Shown here: positions 51,173 to 56,466 of the stretch, in pieces
Numbering within the stretch: the first letter of the stretch is position 1
Layout: each line of letters opens with the position of its first letter
Source of the DNA: Pseudomonadota bacterium
GTDB lineage: Bacteria > Pseudomonadota > Alphaproteobacteria > Sphingomonadales > Sphingomonadaceae
Length of the DNA stretch: 56,466 bases
Assembly: GCA_046046525.1 (NCBI GenBank)
Contig: JBJOJQ010000001.1
Location: 1-56,466, forward strand
Reading direction: 5' to 3'
Program-made: the position numbers and the translations under genes
The notes under the pieces: generated by a model
Told to the model about the DNA's origin: nothing
What the model saw: the letters and a program-made list of their open reading frames with translations, nothing else
Database searches by the model: none

Positions 51173-52012
51173 ATGATTTCTTCTCGTAACTATTCGCCCT
51201 CGGCGAAGCTGCTGCCGTTTATCCGCCGTCATTATGTGATGACGGCGGCGCTGCCCGAAACCTTTCAGCATGAAGATTTTTTGATGGCGGATAACGCATT
51301 TATCCGCGTCATTCTGGCCGGTGAATGGGACTGGTTTGATGATGGGGGCTGGGTGCCCTTTAGCGGCCCTTTGATCTTCGGTGCGAATTCCAAGCTGCAA
51401 CGCATCCGTGTGCGCGGCCCGGTGACCATTTCGTCTTTTTCGATCCGGCCAAGCGCCTGGACGGCGCTTTTTGATCACCCGGCGACCCAGATGGCGGATC
51501 GCGTGGCGCCGCTGCACAATCTGTGGGACGATGATGTGGTCGACAGCCTTGTTCAGGCGCTGCGCAAGGCCCGGAATGACTCGGCATCGGTCGCTGCCAT
51601 GGAAAGCGCCATTGAAAAGCAGCTGGACCGCATCGGCAAAAGTCAGGTTGATCCGGTGATAGCGACTTTTGAATCCATTGCGCGCCGCGACAGCACGATG
51701 AAGGTCGAAGATGGCGCAAAGCTGCTTGGCCTATCCCCGCGGCAGCTGGAGCGGCGCTGCCTGGCCAGCTTTGGCCTGTCGCCCAAGGCGGTTCTGCAAC
51801 GCAGCCGCTTTCTCGACATGGCCTCTGCCATGCGCGGGCTGAGCGACGCCGATCAGGCCGAATTGGCGGCGTTGCGCTTTTTTGATCAATCCCATCTCAA
51901 CCGCGAATTTCGGCGCTACACCGGGATGACGCCAGGGGCCTTTCAACGCGCCGACACCCCCCTGTTCACCGAAAGCCTGAAATTGCGGGTCGACGGAAAG
52001 TCGCTCGCCTAG
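51173..52012 (+). CDS. AraC family transcriptional regulator
   Basis: [39 protein letters not shown]. Confidence 0.9.
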   Translation: MISSRNYSPSAKLLPFIRRHYVMTAALPETFQHEDFLMADNAFIRVILAGEWDWFDDGGWVPFSGPLIFGANSKLQRIRVRGPVTISSFSIRPSAWTALFDHPATQMADRVAPLHNLWDDDVVDSLVQALRKARNDSASVAAMESAIEKQLDRIGKSQVDPVIATFESIARRDSTMKVEDGAKLLGLSPRQLERRCLASFGLSPKAVLQRSRFLDMASAMRGLSDADQAELAALRFFDQSHLNREFRRYTGMTPGAFQRADTPLFTESLKLRVDGKSLA

Positions 52013-53073
52013 CCGCTGATCTGGCTGTCGCGCACCGTCAATCGGGTGGCGGCCATCCCGGCCTCTTCAAACAAAGACACTTCTGTTCCCGTCATCCAGA
52101 CTTGGCCGCCATTGCGCGCCAAACGATCAAACAGGGCCGCGCGCCGGACCGGGTCCAGATGCGCCGCCACTTCATCAAGCAACAGCAATGGCGGCCGACC
52201 GGCACGATCGGCCACCAGTTCGCCATGCGCCAGAACAATGCCCAAAAGCAGCGCCTTTTGTTCACCGGTGGAACACCGCGCCGCCGGCTGGCTTTTGCCC
52301 AAATGCGTCACCACCAGGTCGCTGCGATGCGGACCAATCAGCGTGCGGCCAGCCGCGGCATCGCGCGATCGGTTCTGCTGCAATTGGGCCGCCAGATCAT
52401 CGGTGATGGACCAGCCCTCCAGCGACAGGCCGGCCCGTGCAAAGGGTCCATCCGGCTGATCAGCAAGGCGCGCGCCCAGGGCCTCCACAAGATGCTGGCG
52501 CGCCTCGGCCAACGCGTGGCCATGGGTTGCCATTTGCGCCTCAAGCGCGGCCAGCCAGTCGGGATCAGCGGGCCGTTCATCTGCCAAAATCCGGTTGCGC
52601 TGCCGCATGGCGGCATCATAGCGGCTGGCATGGGTTGCATGGCCGGGGACCAGCGCCAGCACCAACCGGTCAAGAAAGCGGCGGCGGTCGCCCGCCCCGT
52701 CCAGAAACAGCCGGTCCATCGCCGGGGTCAACCACAAGGCGGCAACCCAATCGGCCAATTGCGTGGCCGAGGCCGCAGCCCCATTGATCCGCACAAGACG
52801 GCGTTCGGGCGCCTCTGGCCGCGTGCCGGTGCCCAGGTCAACATCCCCCAGGCGTGCCGCCACGCCAAAGCCGCCAGCCCCGCCTGCGCGCGCCATATCT
52901 GACAGCACAGCCCCCCTCAGGCCCCGCCCGGGCACCAACAGCGAAACAGCCTCAAGAATATTGGTCTTGCCCGCGCCATTCTCACCCGTCAGCACCACCA
53001 GGCCAGCGCCCGGCGTCACCACGCAATCGCAGTACGATCGAAAATCGGTCAGGCTGAGGCGGGTTATCGTCAC
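52009..53073 (-). CDS. recF: DNA replication/repair protein RecF
   Basis: [42 protein letters not shown]. Confidence 0.96.
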   Translation of the reverse strand: MTITRLSLTDFRSYCDCVVTPGAGLVVLTGENGAGKTNILEAVSLLVPGRGLRGAVLSDMARAGGAGGFGVAARLGDVDLGTGTRPEAPERRLVRINGAAASATQLADWVAALWLTPAMDRLFLDGAGDRRRFLDRLVLALVPGHATHASRYDAAMRQRNRILADERPADPDWLAALEAQMATHGHALAEARQHLVEALGARLADQPDGPFARAGLSLEGWSITDDLAAQLQQNRSRDAAAGRTLIGPHRSDLVVTHLGKSQPAARCSTGEQKALLLGIVLAHGELVADRAGRPPLLLLDEVAAHLDPVRRAALFDRLARNGGQVWMTGTEVSLFEEAGMAATRLTVRDSQISG

Positions 53074-53099
53074 AGCCTGTCTCTAGGCCCAGCGTCGCC

Positions 53100-53138
53100 A
53101 AAACAGAAGAGGCGGCTGCCCATCGGCAACCGCCCCTT
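53100..53138 (-). terminator. Intrinsic terminator after the thiolase gene
   Basis: Minus strand AAGGGGCGGTTGCC-GATG-GGCAGCCGCCTCTT-CTGTTTT. Confidence 0.75.
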
Positions 53139-53161
53139 GCAGATCAAGATAAGGGCCAGAC

Positions 53162-54340
53162 TTAAAGGACTTCGAACAGCCCCGCAGCACCCTGGCCGCC
53201 CCCGATGCACATGGTGATCACCACATATTTGGCGCCCCGGCGCTTGCCTTCGATCAGGGCATGGCCAACCATGCGGGCGCCCGACATGCCATAAGGATGG
53301 CCAATCGAAATCGCGCCGCCATTGACGTTGAGGCGGTCCATTGGAATGCCCAGCTTATCGGCGCAATACAGCACCTGCACCGCAAAGGCTTCGTTGAGTT
53401 CCCACAGGCCGATATCGTCCATCTTGAGGCCAAAGCGCTGCAGCAGCTTTGGAATGGCGAACACAGGGCCAATGCCCATTTCGTCCGGCTCCGTCCCGGC
53501 CACCGCCATGCCGACATAACGGCCCAGCGGCGTCAGCCCCTTTTTCGCGGCCACCGATTCTTCCATCAACACGCTGGCCGACGACCCATCGGACAGCTGG
53601 CTGGCATTGCCCGCGGTGATGTGCATATCCGGTCCCAGAACCGGCTTCAGGGACTTCAGCCCCTCCAGCGTGGTGTCGGCGCGGTTGCCCTCATCCTTGG
53701 TCAGCGTGATCTCTTTGTGCGCAACCTCACCCGTTTCCTTGTTGGTCACCGCCATGGTCGCCGTGCAGGCGATGATTTCATCGTCAAACTTGCCAGCGGC
53801 CTGGGCAGCGGCCGTGCGCTGTTGCGATTGCAGGCCATATTCATCCTGCCGATCCCGGCTGATCTGGTAGCGTGCCGCGACAACCTCTGCCGTCTGCAAC
53901 ATGGGCATGTAGATGTCCTTGTGCATCTTCAGCAATTCAGGGTCGGGTGCGACCCGCATTTCAGGCGTCTGGACAAGGCTGATCGATTCCACGCCGCCGC
54001 CCACGCAAATGTCCATGTTATCGACAATGATCTGCTTGGCCGCAGTTGCGATGGCCATCAGGCCCGATGAGCATTGACGATCAATCGTCATCCCCGGCAC
54101 CGAAACCGGCAGACCCGCCCGAAGCAACGCCGTGCGCGCCGTATTGCCCGCCTGGCTGCCCTGTTGCAGGGCAGAGCCCCAGCACAGGTCATCAACCTCC
54201 GCCGGATCAATGCCCGCGCGCTCAACCGCGGCGCGGATCGAATAGGCCGACAGGGTCGGCGATGGCGTGATGTTGAACGCGCCACGATAGGCACGGCCAA
54301 TGGGGGTACGGGCAGTCGAAACAATAACGGCGCTACGCAT
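53162..54340 (-). CDS. Acetyl-CoA C-acyltransferase (thiolase)
   Basis: [44 protein letters not shown]. Confidence 0.95.
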   Translation of the reverse strand: MRSAVIVSTARTPIGRAYRGAFNITPSPTLSAYSIRAAVERAGIDPAEVDDLCWGSALQQGSQAGNTARTALLRAGLPVSVPGMTIDRQCSSGLMAIATAAKQIIVDNMDICVGGGVESISLVQTPEMRVAPDPELLKMHKDIYMPMLQTAEVVAARYQISRDRQDEYGLQSQQRTAAAQAAGKFDDEIIACTATMAVTNKETGEVAHKEITLTKDEGNRADTTLEGLKSLKPVLGPDMHITAGNASQLSDGSSASVLMEESVAAKKGLTPLGRYVGMAVAGTEPDEMGIGPVFAIPKLLQRFGLKMDDIGLWELNEAFAVQVLYCADKLGIPMDRLNVNGGAISIGHPYGMSGARMVGHALIEGKRRGAKYVVITMCIGGGQGAAGLFEVL

Positions 54341-54397
54341 GACAATCTCCTGAATATGCGCTGGGGATGCCCTGGGGAGGACAAAAAGAACCGCAGC

Positions 54398-54856
54398 TTA
54401 GATGAAGAACTGGGTGATCCATTCGGCCATCAGGGCCGGCTTGTCCTCACCCTCAATCTCCAGCGTGAATTCCATGGTCTGTTGAAACTGGCCGGGCCGC
54501 TTTTCTTCAAGAGCAAGCATCTTGAAATGGCCGCGGACGCGCTTGCCAACCTTGACCGGCGCAATGAAACGGGTTTTGTTGCCGCCATAATTGACGCCCA
54601 TCTTGATCCCATCAAGACGGGGCAGATCGGCCTGTGCCGTCAGCACCGGCAGCAGCGACAGCGACAGGAAGCCATGGGCGATCGGACCACCAAAGGGCGT
54701 CATCTTTGCGCGTTCCGGATCGACATGGATGAACTGGAAATCGCCGGTCGCTTCGGCAAATTTGTTCACACGGTCCTGATCGATCAGCATCCATTCCGAC
54801 GTGCCGACATCCTTGCCGACCAGACCAAAAAGTTCCTCTTTGCTCACTACGGGCAT
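54398..54856 (-). CDS. MaoC family dehydratase
   Basis: FAEATGDFQFIHVDP, IAHGFLSLS, NYGGNKTRF. Confidence 0.93.
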   Translation of the reverse strand: MPVVSKEELFGLVGKDVGTSEWMLIDQDRVNKFAEATGDFQFIHVDPERAKMTPFGGPIAHGFLSLSLLPVLTAQADLPRLDGIKMGVNYGGNKTRFIAPVKVGKRVRGHFKMLALEEKRPGQFQQTMEFTLEIEGEDKPALMAEWITQFFI

Positions 54857-54949
54857 CTGCTTTCCTCTCGCTAATGGCGCGCAACATTATTACAACGGCG
54901 CGAGTCCCACCCGGGATGTAAGGCCTTCATTCAACCAGAGTCAAAAGCC

Positions 54950-56466
54950 ATGGATTCCGCAACGTCGTTGATGCGCACGCTTCATCGGGCCGACGAACCA
55001 GATGTTCTCAAGCCGCTCATCGCACGCGCCGCCGTCACACCGCAGGAACGCAGCCATATTGTCGCCCGCGCAGGCGGATTGCTCGCCGATTTGCGGCGCG
55101 CGCAATCCAGCGGTTGGGTCAACCAGTTTCTCAACGAATATCGCCTGAACACGCAGGAAGGCGTGGCGCTGCTGTCGCTGGCTGAGGCGTTTTTGCGTGT
55201 GCCCGATCCCGATACCGCCGATGCCCTGATTGCGGACAAGCTGGGCGATGCCGATTGGCGTGCGCACAGTGGCAAGTCGCACTCCACACTTGTCAATTCA
55301 GCGACATGGGGCCTTGTCATCGGCCGCGCCTTGGTCAGCGATCAAGGTCAGGCCGGCACATTGCGCCGCCTGATTTCCCGGGCGGGGGAACCCTTTGTCC
55401 GGCAGGCGGTTGGCGCCGCCATGCGGATGATGGGCGAAATCTTTGTCATGGGCCGGACCATTGAAGAGGCCAGCGCCCGGATGGCCCGTCCTGAACATCA
55501 CGGCTTTGTCGCCAGTTTTGACATGCTGGGCGAAGCTGCCCGCACATTTGCGGATGGCGAACGCTATTTCACCGCCTATCTGGACGCGATTGAGAAAACG
55601 GGTGCCGGCCATTCCATATCGGTCAAGCTTTCGGCGCTTCACCCCCGATATGAAGTCGCGCATTGGGCAAGCTGCGTCCCGATGTTGCGCGATTTGCTGG
55701 AAAGCTTGTGCCTGGCAGCCGCGCGCAAGGGCATTGCCCTGACGGTTGATGCCGAGGAATCGGAACGTCTTGAAATGAGCCTCGACATCATTGCCCATGC
55801 GGCACGCCATCCAGATTTGCGGGGGTGGGACGGGCTGGGAATGGCGGTCCAGGCCTATTCCAAACGCGCGCCAGCGGTCATCCAATGGGCCGATGCGCTG
55901 GGTGCAGCCACCGGCCGGCGCATGGCCGTGCGCCTCGTCAAAGGCGCTTATTGGGACAGCGAAATCAAACGGACGCAGGAATGGGGACTTTCGGAGTATC
56001 CGCTGTTCACGCGCAAGGCAGCAACCGATGTCAGCTGGCTGGCCTGCGCGCGGGACATGCTGCAGGCCAAGAATATCTATCCGGCCTTTGCCACGCATAA
56101 TGCCCTGTCGGTCGCAGCGGTGCTGGAATGGGCGGGCGAGAGCCGTGACTTTGAATTTCAACGGCTGCACGGCATGGGCGACGGCCTGTATGAAGATCTG
56201 GTCCGGCGCGACGGCTATCGCTGCCGCATTTATGCGCCGGTTGGCGGGCATCGCGATCTGCTCGCCTATCTTGTGCGGCGGCTGCTGGAAAATGGCGCGA
56301 ATTCAAGTTTTGTTCACCAATTGGCGGACGAACATATCAGCGATGCCACGTTGCTGGCAGACCCGGTTGATAAGATCCGCGCGGTCGATGGACGGCGGCA
56401 CAGCTCCATTCCCTTGCCACGCGATCTGTTCGGCGCACGGCGCAACAGCGCTGGGATTGACCTGCA
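54950..56466 (+). CDS. putA: Bifunctional proline dehydrogenase/P5C dehydrogenase PutA (3' end beyond window edge)
   Basis: Missing from the ORF track because it has no stop in the window. Manual translation from ATG 54950 gives EGVALLSLAEAFLRVPD, FDMLGEAA, SVKLSALHPRY, VRLVKGAYWDSEIK, FQRLHGMG, LAYLVRRLLENGANSSF. Confidence 0.96.
   Translation, partial: MDSATSLMRTLHRADEPDVLKPLIARAAVTPQERSHIVARAGGLLADLRRAQSSGWVNQFLNEYRLNTQEGVALLSLAEAFLRVPDPDTADALIADKLGDADWRAHSGKSHSTLVNSATWGLVIGRALVSDQGQAGTLRRLISRAGEPFVRQAVGAAMRMMGEIFVMGRTIEEASARMARPEHHGFVASFDMLGEAARTFADGERYFTAYLDAIEKTGAGHSISVKLSALHPRYEVAHWASCVPMLRDLLESLCLAAARKGIALTVDAEESERLEMSLDIIAHAARHPDLRGWDGLGMAVQAYSKRAPAVIQWADALGAATGRRMAVRLVKGAYWDSEIKRTQEWGLSEYPLFTRKAATDVSWLACARDMLQAKNIYPAFATHNALSVAAVLEWAGESRDFEFQRLHGMGDGLYEDLVRRDGYRCRIYAPVGGHRDLLAYLVRRLLENGANSSFVHQLADEHISDATLLADPVDKIRAVDGRRHSSIPLPRDLFGARRNSAGIDL

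Noticed and set aside
55298-56251. 317-aa minus-strand ORF
   Set aside because: Antisense shadow of putA, which is open on the plus strand to the window end.

Overview
GC-rich alphaproteobacterial chromosome segment. Gene content and order suggest Sphingomonadales, for example a dcw cluster with no lpxC after ftsZ. It is mostly core genome: secA (runs off the left edge) with a short secreted leader ORF; argJ; the ahcY-divL-tsaE-amgK-murU-addB-addA-trxA string; a general stress response (GSR) locus (Crp/Fnr regulator, nepR-ecfG, phyR); a HerA/DUF87-like ATPase; LacI; acyl-CoA enzymes; dgt; a TPR-SPOR protein; a complete mraZ-to-ftsZ dcw cluster; cysK; AraC; recF; thiolase; MaoC; and putA (runs off the right edge). 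I saw no mobile element, CRISPR array, rRNA or tRNA. The best unannotated signals are: (1) a candidate ~165-nt EcfG-dependent small RNA at ~17822-17990 (minus strand), with a consensus GGAAC-N16-CGTT promoter, a C-rich-loop hairpin and a strong intrinsic terminator; (2) a signal-peptide leader ORF in the secM position upstream of secA, a candidate secretion-monitoring arrest peptide; (3) readable cis-elements, namely four EcfG promoters, a SahR-type box, a LiuR-type box, and 10-bp-phased GGGA boxes with clustered GANTC sites upstream of mraZ. All calls come from reading the sequence and recognising motifs; no database searches or folding programs were run.
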